DNA from: Welwitschia mirabilis
Taxonomy: Eukaryota
Assembly (NCBI GenBank): GCA_051453625.1
Contig: JBOZIK010000001.1
Location: 41,883,798 to 41,939,894 of the forward strand
Direction: 5' to 3'
Length of the DNA: 56,097 nucleotides
Shown here: in pieces, positions 1-11,706 of the stretch
How the letters are laid out: each line of letters starts with the position of its first letter
How positions within the stretch are numbered: the first letter of the stretch is position 1
Translations under genes and position numbers: made by a program
Notes under the pieces: model-generated
Databases searched by the model: none
What the model saw: the letters and a program-made list of their open reading frames with translations, nothing else
Told to the model about the DNA's origin: nothing

Positions 1-72
<72 letters not shown>
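1..72. repeat. Compound (GT)n(GA)n microsatellite
   Basis: Directly visible; truncated by the window start. Confidence 0.98.
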
Positions 73-75
<3 letters not shown>

Positions 76-260
76 CCTAGAGTTGAAGCTTGCTGCTTAT
101 CATTTCCTTGTAATCTTTGAAGCTATTCTAAGGAAAGATTCGCACTATTTTCGAATGGATGTAGACTAGAAAGACATAGCCTACATAAAATCTTGCCATG
201 GGTTTGTCTCTCTCTTTTTTTTAGTCACTGTTTTGCTGTTTTCCTGCTATTTTTCTAACA
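73..260 (+). mobile_element. Probable copia-type LTR 3' (U5) fragment
   Basis: TGGATGTAG...ACATAAAATCTTG followed by a T-rich tract ending TTTTCTAACA resembles plant copia LTR ends; no PBS follows; boundaries approximate. Confidence 0.35.
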
Positions 261-939
261 AAACACATACAAGCAATAATATTTTAAAAAAAATTGGAGA
301 TTCCAGCTCTAAACCAAAAAGAAAAGAGAAGAAAACTATGAAAGAAATAGATCCCATAAGAAATTAAACGAAAATGGTATCTAAAGAACAAGATAGCAAA
401 ATATACCTAAAGAAAACTAGACATTAGAAGAGTTGAACATTATCACCACCATTAGATGCTGCCATTGGAGATTGTAAAGAGCACTCTTTTGTAGAACAGA
501 TTGTTTCAAATGTTAAAAACATTGAGCCAAATTCATTTCTACAAGAAGTCAAATCAAAAGAGGATGATCTATCATTGGATAATGGATGAATGAACGCATA
601 GTGTACATCGCTATATTATGCTTAGGATTTATGATGGTGTTTAATGAATAGATTAATGACAAAGTTATGTAGTTTTTTCCCTTTTTCTTTTCTCCTCCTC
701 CTCCTCTTTTTCTTTTTGGGTGACAACAGGAAAACCAGGATCTATAGTGGCTAGGGCACATGTTGAAATAAGTATTACAGCTTTCTTTAAATTATGAACC
801 TCTAACTCCAAACAACAAAATTTGCATAAAGGAGTACTAGCTTCAAATCAAGTTGTGAAAGAAAACTAATCACATAAGCTGGTGATTACCTTGCTTCTTT
901 AAAGCAACAACATATATCCACACATAGAGCTGTAACCCA

Positions 940-2000
940 CATCAATTTAGCAAGCAAAAGTTTGTGTTCAAAAACAAGCCGTTTTGAGAACTCCAAAGCT
1001 TATAACATATACAAGGCAACAGAATATGAATATGATGATGCTTCCTTTTATCATTTGACGATGTCCAATTTGATATTAAATCCTCAAAGGTTGAAGGCAC
1101 AAGCAAGTGACAATGTAATGAATTTAAAACATACTTTGAAAATAATTGTGAGAATGGACAGGAAATTATTAAATATTCCAAAGTCTTTGGGGCAAGGCCA
1201 TAACATGGGCACCTCGATTCTTAAGAAAACTAGGGGATAGTGGTCTATGGGTCTATGTAGCAGTTGGCATCATAATTTAGTGGTAGGACCATATGTGTTT
1301 TTAATAGGAGTTTTTCTATATATACATTTTTGTGTAATGTTGTGGAATTATATATTATAATTTTAAATTGACTTTGGGGCCTTGTGATGGACGAGAGGTA
1401 TAAAAGAAGGACAGAGGTCATTTGTCTAGAATCAGGGAAATAGGAATGGAGGATGGATGTTTGGAGTAAGGACTCACATAGGGTTTTAAGATTGAAAGAG
1501 AAGCCTAGTCTGTGTACACAAATCAGATCTGATGCTAGTATCCTATGGATGAAGGAATATATGATTACAAGGCTGTTTTATGCTGTTTATGAACTAAATT
1601 ACTGGCTTGGTTTTGGAACTCTTTTAAGGTTTATTTGCTGCTGCCATCCTACATTATTATTGCTACTTTTGCGATGTATGCTTGTTTATTTCAACTTGTT
1701 ATAATTGCCCTAATTAATAACCATTGTGTGAAGGATAGAATTAATAGCATATTGACATAGATGAAATATGCCATAAATGCCATGCCTCTATCTCCTACAT
1801 CAATCTTTAACTAATCAGATTTTGAGCTTACTTCTTTAGTACTGAGTTTCTTGCGCTGTCAACAAAATCAGACTGAGGCAATTACAACAGAGCAAAGGCA
1901 GCATCAGGGATATATACATTGAGGTCTTTTTCCTGCATGCCTTTCGAAATTGGCAATGGAGGACAAGTCCCACTGAAAGAGCTTGGAAGACCTTTGAGAC
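940..2000 (+). mobile_element. Highly degenerate gypsy-type relic (LTR-like segment ~1250-1757 and gag-like scrap)
   Basis: LTR-like stretch with TATAAAAG, ending TTGACA at 1757; NKIRLRQLQQSKGSIRDIYIE at 1861 resembles the retrotransposon gag L..L.Q...S motif; approximate. Confidence 0.3.
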
Positions 2001-3314
2001 TCTTGAGAGAGTGAGGAATATTTTCTACTCTAAGGAACTTTTAACAAGCCTTCCACTGATATAGTTAAAGAGTGACAAACTAGGTAGGCCATTTAATCTT
2101 TCTATATTGGAACCAAAATACAAACATTCTAATTTCAAATGAAGTACATTTTTAGATTGAAGCATTAAGAAGGATCTCTTCAGACCAGGGGAAACAAAGT
2201 CTCCCAAATCACAGGAATTCTTTCTGCATTAGGATGTCCATTGCCTATTTGTGTCATGGTCTATTTTAATAATTGGCAAATACGGTTAGCATTGTTTATA
2301 AAGTAAAAATATCATTTTATAAATGATTAGCTTAGTATGTATAACATGCACTTAATGTCTGCAATTATTACTTAAAAAAAGTTGAACAGTGAAAATTTGT
2401 AAATATAAAGAGGCTACCACTTGCTAATGCAGGGTATTCTTTAGAAAATAAAATAAATAATTAAATTCATTTGAACTTAGATTTTTAGCCATTTGAGTTA
2501 GGATTCATAAGGTCTTAAGTTCCATTTTCCAAGTTGGAAATGCAAGCTTAAAATGTAATGCTATTTTTATGTATTTTTGAGTTTGTGGGGCTCATTTTGG
2601 GGGTCAAGCAATGGAATTTCATGTTGCAAACCACCTAGAGCATGTTAGGCTTTGTCTTAGCTTCAAAATGACATGTCATTTGCTCAGTTTGGCTAAGAAA
2701 CAATAAAGTCCTGCCCAAATTAGGAAGGTGTATTTTTATGTAAGTTTTAGGAATGGGATCTTTTAATATGGAGGTCTCAAGTTAGAATGCTATAAGAGGC
2801 CTAAATGAGATTTCTAATTTTGGAATGGCCTCTTTTGAAGCCTATTAATTAGAGGCTTTATTGGGTATTTGCCTCTTATCCTCTTAGTATTTGCATCGGG
2901 AGCTGAAAGCTAGTGACAAGTGTGTTTCAAGAATCTCTTGCTTGAGGAAATATTGTAAACTTGTATTTCTTTATAATATTATTTTTAATAGAAAATCCAT
3001 TCATTGATTGCTTTCAATATTGCTATAATATTTTTGGTTTCACACTCCTTAAGATATGCTTCGGGGCTTTCATTGCATGGCTCGGCATCATCTTGGCATT
3101 AGAGCTAGTGGAGTGGCATTTGTTTTTGTTTCTTTCTATGTGGAGCTTGTAGCGAAGATGGCTTCACACAAGCCTACTATTATGCATTTGCAAAGTAGTT
3201 ATGAAAACAAGAGAGGTAAGGAGTGAACTTTAATACATGATGCAAATGGTCATGCAAAAGTTGACTATAGATTACACTGGGAAGGAAAATGGAGGAGTTG
3301 TTGAAGAAGACATA

Positions 3315-3350
3315 GAAGAAGAAGAAGAAGAAGAAGAAGAAGAAGAAGAA
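3315..3350. repeat. (GAA)12 microsatellite
   Basis: Directly visible; gives the poly-E in ORF 3237-3503. Confidence 0.95.
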
Positions 3351-5369
3351 CCCTATTCAAGGCAAGAACAAAGTCAAAGTAATGTTTTAGAAAGTAACTC
3401 CAATAGTATGGAGGAGCTTTTCTTGAATTCACGTTTGGAGCAAAGGGAACCATTAGATGTGGAACCATTCGAAAAAAGCATTAAAATTGGACATTCGAAA
3501 TGAAGAAAAAGTCAGCGGAAACACTCGAAGATAAAAAAGTGCAAATAGCTTCTTCCCACTTAGGGACCTTGTTGCAAGGTGGTGGAAGAATTTTAAGCAA
3601 AGGAGAGGTGGCCAAGAATGCCATCTTGCCAATTCGACATTGATGACATGTGCCTTGGAGGACAAGTTTATGCTGAAGAACATATTATGTAGAACTAATG
3701 AAAAAGATGCAAAATTGCAGACTCACTGTTAAGAAGATAAGCCAATAATAGAGTATCTTGAGCAATTTCATAGGTTGGCTAGCTAAGAAGGTTGCTTTTA
3801 TGAAGGTACTGTGAAGGTAATGATTTACATTAATGGATTAAATTTTCCATTTCCAATAAAGTTTCTAGGTTTTGTCCTAATAGTGTAGAGCAAGCATATC
3901 AAGTAGCTCTATGAGCTAAAGAGAGATTGCAGTGCACACAGAGTATCTCTACTAGAAGAGATTTTGAGGAGAAAACCCAACAGAAGTAGAAGAATCCAAT
4001 ACATCACCAAATACACAAGAAGAAAATAAGAACAGAGAAGGTAATCACTTTTATGGTAAAAGATTTGGTAAACCATTTTTGTATTAGAATTGCAATAAAG
4101 TAGGCTGGAAAGTATATGAACGTTAATCTAGCAAGCTAGTAGAGAATCATGTTACATTAGTGTCTGAGAGGGAAACTATAATGATATTGGAAAAGAGGGA
4201 CACAAAATTCTATGCAATCAAATGACCTCCTTAAAGAAAGCAAATTTTCAAAATGAAATGTACGTGCAAGGACAAGGTATTCAAGGCTATGGTTGGTAGT
4301 GCTTGTACAAATTATTTGATTTTTGAAGAAGTGGTGAAGAAGTTAAGTCTAAAAGTTGCTCCTCCTCCAAATCCTTGTCATATGTTATGGTTACAAAAGG
4401 GATGTCATATTGCTATTGCTCAACAAGGTGTTGTTAATTCAAGAGTGGTGATTTCCATGATAGTGTGAAATGTGAGATTCCTATGGGGCATGTCTTTTAC
4501 TTTTTGATAGAGCTTGGCAATTTTATAGTAGTTGTGTACATGATGGCAAGAAAAATACTTACATCGTGACATGTTTAAGGGGAAAAGGATGTGAATTTCT
4601 TTCAGATGAGGAAGAGTTCAGTAATGAAGTGTTGGAGTTTGTGACTGGGGGAAAGGAACTAGTAGAGGAAGAAAGGTGGAGTGAGAATGACTTTGCGAGT
4701 TGCCATAAAAGACTCTTATCATACAAGTGTTAATGGAGGTAAAAGACTTGTTATATTGATGACCTATCTCTACTATTCCTGCCAATGGGATTGATTTAGA
4801 GCAAGATGCATGTCTTTTGAATAAGGCATCACATTAGATGAATCCCCATGGAGGGAAGAAATCAATAGACAAGTGCAAGAGCTATTGGATAAAGAGCTGA
4901 TAAGAAGAAACCTTTCTGCTTTTTTAGTTCCAAGAGTGTTAGCTCCAAAGAGGGGTAGTAGTGAATTACGCTTACGCATTGATGCAAAGGCTATAAATAA
5001 CATTACAATGCGGTAGCATTTTCTAATGTCTAATGGGTGTGTGTCTTTTCAGTAAACAAGATCTTAAGAGTGGCTATCACTATGTACGAATTGGAGAAGG
5101 AAATGAGTTGTATGAATGTTGGGGAATGTTAGTTGGCCTAACTAACGCTGCTCATACTTTTATAAGATTGATGATGGAGATTTTAAAGCCATTTTTGAGG
5201 AAGTTTGTTATTGTATTTCTTGATGAGATTCTACGTTATAGAAATAACTTGTAAAGCATGTAGTACATTTATAGAAATTTTTTTAGCAATTGTAGGAGCA
5301 ACAATTACCATTAAATTGTAAGAAGTGTGGTTTTGTACAACCACAACCTATATTCCTTGGTGTGGTGGT

Positions 5370-5556
5370 TTCATGCGTTAGCTAGTTTTTACAGAGTTTC
5401 ATTAAGGATTTTAGTAGAATTTACGAATCCATGCTAGCTAGTATAAAGAAGCATAGGGTGTTTTCATGGTTTAGCTAGGTTTTACAGAGTTTCATTAAGG
5501 ATTTTAGTAGAAATTTACAAATCCATGCTAGCTAGCATAAAGAAGCATAGGGTGTT
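5370..5556. repeat. Tandem duplication of ~93 bp inside the gypsy pol relic
   Basis: Two near-identical copies of TTCATG..TTAGCTAG.TTTACAGAGTTTCATTAAGGATTTTAGTAGAA...GCATAGGGTGTT (GLASFYRRFIKDFS-like region). Confidence 0.9.
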
Positions 5557-5649
5557 TTGATTGACTAATGAAGCCACAATTCTTAGAACTTAAGAAAAGT
5601 ATTGCAAGACAACTGTTTTTGGCCTCACTAGATTTCTATTGGAATATTT

Positions 5650-6550
5650 TTATGGCCTCACTAGAAAATCTTGAAAGGGTTGTGAGATAAGTACGAAAAT
5701 GATTTGGTTGTTATGTTAATTTTGGAATGGTTGTTGACTTGTTTTCATCCCATGATTTGTGGATCTTGAAGAGATGTGAGCATTGAGTTGATAAATTTGG
5801 AAACATGCAGTGTCATTTTTATGAATTAGTTTGAATCTTTTAATATACATGATGCATTTTGATGCTTTGTATTTAATCAAGATCCTTATGGGTAATGGGT
5901 CTTGTCTATGCACTAGCATTTTTGAAATCCTACAAATGGTATCAGAGCCATTAAGCTTGCATGAAGAAGACAATGAATATGGTAGGAGCAACATAATGGA
6001 ATAAAGAAACTTGTCATCCCCCTACATCTCTTTAACAAGGAAGCCCTGTTTTCTTCTTTTCCTATTATAAGATCATCATCATGGCAAAGGGATTGGAATC
6101 TTCCACTTTGTGCTGATTTTCTTAGATTCTTTAATGGCATTTTTCAAGGCAAAAAGGTTTATTTACTCTAGTTTCATTGTCAAGATCTTATTGGGTTTAT
6201 CTAGTTTCTAAGAATGTCTTTAGCCTAATTATATTGATCGAGAATCTATCATGGATTGCTTTTGTTCGATGGTTGAATGCTAGACATTTCATCATTTGTT
6301 TCTTGGACATAGCTAAATATTTGAATTAGGACTCAGATCTACATTTTGAGAATTGTTGTAGTGTCATTCTTTTTGATATCGTTTTATCTGTTTTGTTGGT
6401 ATTCCAAATACTCATTTTTAAGTCTCTAAATTTCTTAGCCATAAGACCAAGGTAAATGGTCTACCGTTTTAATTCATGATAACAATGGTCTTGGATTTTG
6501 ATTTCTGATCTTTATCTAATTTCATTTAGATTCTGGGAACAAAGAATAAG
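5650..6550 (+). mobile_element. LTR end, perfect tRNA-iMet PBS and leader of another truncated LTR retrotransposon
   Basis: ...CCTACA (5934)-AA-TGGTATCAGAGC (5937-5948); no coding domain recognised downstream; extent approximate. Confidence 0.6.
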
Positions 6551-6619
6551 CAGCAATAGCATTCTTTTTATCAACATGGAGGGAGCTATTTAATTTCTAA
6601 CAATTCTTGCAATGAGATG

Positions 6620-7140
6620 CATATCATGTTGAAAATTTTAGGCAATACTTTTTTAAAACAAACTAGAAAACTAACCTCACAATTGACTCTGGGCAAAAAT
6701 AATAACTTGAATCATAAGTTATTAAATGACAAAAGTGAAATTAAAACAAGAAATGAAGAAAACCCACATCCCAAGCCAAACCGAGGTAGATAGTCAGGCA
6801 ACATTTCATTATGAGTCTTTGCTTTTATACAATTCTCTGATTCAAGCAACTCAGAACTGATGCATAACAAACTAATGGTAACCATCGCATAACCTCTTTT
6901 CCCAACCACTCTTTTAAGTACATTATTACACTTTTTATGTATCATTTTATTTTTAGTTGTTAATTTATGTCATCTCCTGTTATGATGGTTGGCTTTTGAT
7001 TTGGACTCTGCTGTAACTCTTGCCACACTTTAATAAGGGATTTCCCATTTTGTTTCAACACAAGGGGGTAAAAAAAAGAGAACCTATTAACTAATTCCCT
7101 TTCAAAATGTTGGCATTACTCATGCCAAAATAATCCATCA
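6620..7140. repeat. Dispersed direct repeat, copy 1 (copy 2 at 16250-16840)
   Basis: Shared blocks GCAAAAATAATAACTTGAATCA.AAGTT, AAGTGAAATTAAAACAAGAAATGAAGAA, GGCAACATTTCATTATG, GCATTACTCAT..CAAAATAATCCA. Confidence 0.85.
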
Positions 7141-7226
7141 GTTACCACCTTAATGATAACATTTTCTTAGCACCGCTTTGATGTGTGCACTATTCCATTT
7201 CATGCTACAAATCTTACAATATTTAA

Positions 7227-7426
7227 CACTGCCACATAGGCAAGCGTTTTACTGCCCTTTATAGTAGACACTTCTACACAGGCAAGGGTTTTACCACCCT
7301 TAGGGGTTGACGTTGCCACAGAGGCAAGGGTGTACCGCCCTTTATGGTTAACAGTACCACATAGCCAAGGGTTTTACTGCCTTCACGATTTTCACTGCCA
7401 CATAGGCAAACACTGCCATACAGGCA
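7227..7426. repeat. 41-42-bp minisatellite, ~4.5 diverged copies
   Basis: Unit approx CACTGCCACATAGGCAAGGGTTTTACTGCCCTTTATGGTTGA starting at 7227, 7269, 7311, 7352, 7393. Confidence 0.85.
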
Positions 7427-7449
7427 CCAGGAAATGAAGACACACAGTC

Positions 7450-9960
7450 TTGGGAGAATCACATAGGCACTTCTTGATGCCAGTAAGGCTGGCCTTCTTC
7501 TTCTTTGTTATGTCTTCTTGACTTCCTTCTTGTAGTTCTGTTTTCACTTTCCAGGGCACCATTTGACAATTTTAATGGGGAATTCTGTGGGGGATTCTAA
7601 GGTTCTTTCTTCAATTCTAGGTCACCTTGTACATTGATAATTTTCATACATTCCAATGGGGAACATCACTTCTATATAACATTTTTGTAATTACAATCAG
7701 CCTTATTCATATTATGTAAATGAAGCATCCTCCACAATGGAAACCATTTTCCTTTCCCAACTCAACACTTACAGTCTTACACTCACTTCTTAGCACAGTT
7801 AGACAGATCAGATAGTTTGCAGAAGCTTTTTTAAGTTTTGCAAATCTAGATCATTGGGATCTTTTGGCATGTTCTTCTAGATTGCATGGAATACATAGCT
7901 TTAAAAAAACAATTTAAAAGTAGTTTTTTTCCTTTTTTTTGAATAGATTATCATATTTAATGTGTATAGATTAAAAAGTGGATTTTGAAACTACGGAAAC
8001 ATAGGAAAGGGAAAAACTCAATTAGAAATTGATAATAAACATACTCATAAAAGACAACAAAACAATTTCAGAACCCAAGAAAAAAAAGATTTTCAAAAAC
8101 CCTAATCACAATGGATTCACAAAAACACCACAGTAAAATATGATCAGAAAACTAAAAATCAAAATAACATTGAATCTTGGAGGACATCATTAAAAAAAAT
8201 TTGAAAACAAAAAAAAGAAAGCCTATTTTGAATCAATGTTATACTCACAAAAGTGAAGTTCTTCGGCAAAAAACAAGATCCCAATTTTGAATATTCAAAC
8301 ACATGGTGGAATCCTGATTTTGGAATCAAGGTTGATGAAAACAAAGGCTGTTTCTGTGTTTACAGCACCCAGGAAACTCCAACTTCAGAAGAGAATGCGT
8401 TTTGGCCGAGGAAAAGTGGATTCCGTGATGTAATTGCTGTTTTAAAATGCAAAAGATCCAAAAGTTGTGGAATCATGTCGGATTCTGATCCAACATGGAT
8501 CATCTAGATCACGATTTGGGGCTTGCAGATATGATTTTGGAAGGATTGCAATATATGATTTTGGAAGGATTGCAATTCTGCACCAATCTAGAATGCTTTG
8601 AGATGGATCACAATTCTAGCTCGTGTGGATTGTGATTTGCCCATTCTGATCCCATCTAACTAAGCCGCCTATATTTCACTTGTAAATATTATACATGAAT
8701 ACTCACTCATACTTCAATCAATATTTAATATATATATATATATATATATATGAATACTCACTCATACTTCAATTGATATTTTAAAAAAAAAAGACTAACA
8801 GTATTTGTGGCCTTGGCCTGTGATTGCTGATGCTATAGCAATACTCCATGCGTTGGATGAATGCTTTCCATATGAAGATAAAAATCCAAACCAAACGAGA
8901 CCAGCACTTGTTGTCTGCAAACCAAACCAAACAAGACTAGCACTTGCTGTTTGTTTTTACTGCTAGTGGCTTATTTGGTGCTTGCTTATGTTTTCCAATC
9001 TCAAACAAAGCCCAAACTTTTGCAGCTTTTGCGTAGTTCCAACAATAAATAGTGTGTCTGTCCACAGTCATTGAACAATGACGCCCTATCCTTTGCCTGT
9101 GCTCGTGCTTTGCATGCGCTCACTAGAAGCCTCACATTAGCCTAGGTAGACTCTATCAAAGTCATCCGAAATATATCTTGTGAGCCGTGTTTCTATGGCC
9201 AACCCTCTCACTGAACTTCTTTTGTTCCTATTACAATGGATAACAACCCATACAAGATATCTGCAAAGGATGATTTTGTTTGTACAACATTCACAAATAT
9301 GTTCCTTTAACAATATTTTTATTAATGTGAAGTGGAAGAGGACACTTATTCGTCCTATTCAGCTTTATCCACTGGTCAATAGTAGCATTTGCAAATGCAG
9401 TAGAATGATGACTAGAATCATTTTGCTCAAGAGGACACGTGAATATTTTTAACATGCAATGGAATGGAAGCTTTACCTTATTTTCATAGTAGAAGAGGAA
9501 GGAGGATAAAATAAACTGCATCAACAATCATTTCTTAGTGGAACACAAAAGGAAAACAAAACATCTTGTTCTTCTTCTTTATCACAATATTTGCCATTAT
9601 GCCATTGCCAATATTTATTTTCCTTCCATCAGCTTTGGAGGCTGTTTTCTTTGCTGCAAGAATTCAGATAGTTCTATTGAAAAAGTAATTGCAAGATTTA
9701 ACTATGATGAAAGAACTGAAAATGACCGTTGCCACATATCCTATGGTTTCAAGAATATCATGAATTTCTCCACCCTTCAAGATCACTCGCCTCTTCATTA
9801 CAATCATAGTAATGGTCCCAATGATGAGGATGTAATCCATTAGGGAGTACTTCTAGATCTTGTGAAAGAAGAAATAGGACATAACAACAATGAAACAAAA
9901 GAGTATCACCATGGCTAGGGATTTAGTGCCTTTTAACATTTCTTGAATCCTTGTTATGTT
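7450..9960 (-). pseudogene. Decayed Mutator-like (MuDR/MULE) transposase relic, interrupted by an insertion
   Basis: Frameshifted minus-strand translations give a SWIM-like C-K-C..W...GF.C followed by Y..VMFPI...P.....WCPGK (cf. R.PGRP), FDRVYLG (cf. F.R.Y) and LVWFGFLSS..IASAITGQG (cf. W.WFL...ISD..KG). Confidence 0.5.
7794..8664. mobile_element. Possible non-autonomous hAT-like insertion
   Basis: Imperfect termini CACAGTTAGACAGATC vs reverse complement CTTAGTTAGATGGGATC; many GATC/GATT subterminal motifs; no convincing TSD. Confidence 0.35.
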
Positions 9961-10357
9961 GAGTAGTAGAGATAGTTCCATGGTGAAGAAGATGAAAATT
10001 GCTGTGCTGAGAAGATAATTTATGGAATGGTTGAAAGATGTCTTGGTATTTTCTATACTATATGAATTAGTCTACAACTCTTTGATTTGTGGATTGGCGC
10101 ATTGGAGATAGAAATAGAGACAAAGAGCATTCCCAATATGAATTAAAAGTGGAGATGGGAGGTGTATTTATAGCGTAGAGTGGCGTATGCGAAGAATAAG
10201 ATGATGAAGGAGGCAACATTGGTGGGATTCTCAATGACGACAAGGTTCTAGATGCTCTACGGGTGCATGGGCTACACATCCTTTGGCAATGGCGCGTGGG
10301 GCAACTTTTTGATAGGCTTAAGCTTCTTCTTCTTCACAGTCTTGTGCAGTGAGTAAC

Positions 10358-10812
10358 TATTATGAAAATACACAATAACAAAGTGATTAAACAATGCAGT
10401 AAAAGAAAACAGAGACATAAAGAATTATGTGGAAACCCCAATGAGGGGAAAAACCATGGGAAAGCAATGTAGAGCTCTATTATCTTTCTCAAAAGTTTCA
10501 AGTCAAGAATCACGCTTAAAGCCAACAATAGGCTTCAGGCAAAGTTGCCTTTCCGAACTCTATGAACTCTCTATTCAAACAACCCTTACACCACCATTAA
10601 ATAGACCAAGGATTACAACCAATCAGGGCTACAAGCCAAAACGCTAAAGAAGGTATCATCCCTCTCTGGACACATGTCCCTTTTCTTCCTAACACCTCCA
10701 AAAGGACAGTTTTATAACACAACCTCCTTTTACACTAATAAAATGGGGCCAACATAAAAAACATAACGTTAGGGATGTTACAAAGGCATAAATTTAGCTT
10801 CCCATATCAACA
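10358..10812 (-). repeat. 3' LTR of the copia element
   Basis: Aligns end to end with 15725-16179 (about 72 substitutions by hand count, ~84% identity); adjacent CTCTTCCACTTG is the PPT on minus. Confidence 0.93.
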
Positions 10813-11417
10813 CTCTTCCACTTGATGACAAATCTGGCCCATCTTCAAGTGCAGCTCCAGAGATGCATAGCTTTCCAAGCTTGTTTAGCTCATGTGTCAA
10901 CAATGATTAAAATGTCCCGACATGTCGCCAAAAAAGGTCGACATGTAGCCCTTTTTTCAAATTGAAAATGTCTTTAANNNNNNNNNNNNNNNNNNNNNNN
11001 NNNNNNNNNNNNNNNNNNNTTTCTAATGAAGTGATCCCTCATATCAATATGCTTTGTCCTAGCATGGTAACCAGCATTCTTTGCCAAATGAATGGCACTC
11101 TGACTATTGCAATAAATCACATATTGCTGTTGTTTCAATTCAAACCAGTCAAGCAGACATCTTAGCCAAAACATTTCTTTGGTTTTCTCTGTCATAGCTA
11201 TGTATGTTGCTTTTGTAGTTGACAAAGCCATGTCTTTTTGCAAACGAGACATCCGATTAACAGGACCAGCTTCCATCAAGAAACATAACCAAAAGTGGAT
11301 TTTCTTATATCTTTACACTAAGCATAATTAGCATCCACATAATCAATAACATCCAAACCAGTATGACCAAAACTCAGGCAAAAATTGTGTGCATCTTTCA
11401 GGTAGCGCAAGATCCAT
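10813..11417 (-). pseudogene. Second, diverged copy of the copia RNase H, 3'UTR and PPT
   Basis: ALSTTKATYIAMTE..KEMFWL...IYCNSQSAIHLAKNAGYHARTKHIDMRDHFIR, paralleling 11600-12200. Confidence 0.88.
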
Positions 11418-11706
11418 NNNNNNNNNNNNNNNNNNNNNNNNNNNNNNNNNNNNNNNNNNNNNNNNNNNNNNNNNNNNNNNNNNNNNNNNNNNNNNNNNNN
11501 NNNNNNNNNNNNNNNNNAATTAATATCAAAGTGTTTTACATAGTTTAGAAACCCTATTAATTAAAGCTTACAAAATGTGGGTTATAACACATATCCACAT
11601 TCTTCCACTTGAAGACAAAGTTAGCACATCTTCAAGTGCAGCTCCAAAGATGCACTGCTTTCCAAGCTTGCTCAGATCACATGGCCAGGTGTATGCCATG
11701 ACAACA

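Larger units (their letters stand above)
2360..5640 (+). mobile_element. Degenerate, truncated Ty3/gypsy CRM-like retrotransposon (LTR, PBS, gag, protease, RT relics)
   Basis: LTR-like region ends GCATCA at 3090; decayed Met-PBS TGGCATTAGAGC at 3094-3105; protease-like AMVGSACTNYLIFEEVVKKLSL..PPNPCHMLWL (4253-4468); RT-like EINRQVQELLDK...AINNIT and FSKQDLKSGYH...GLTNAAHTFIRLM..ILKPFLRKFVIVFLDEIL; many stops and frameshifts; left end approximate. Confidence 0.8.

Noticed and set aside
1286..1306. GPYVF as the missing upstream WSS1B exon
   Set aside because: No supporting flanking residues or splice sites; lies in an LTR-like segment
3237..3503. Acidic poly-Glu protein
   Set aside because: (GAA)12 microsatellite inside a decayed gag region
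7227..7426. CRISPR-like repeat array (also 25077-25305)
   Set aside because: Units are similar along their whole length with no unique spacers; no cas genes; eukaryotic context
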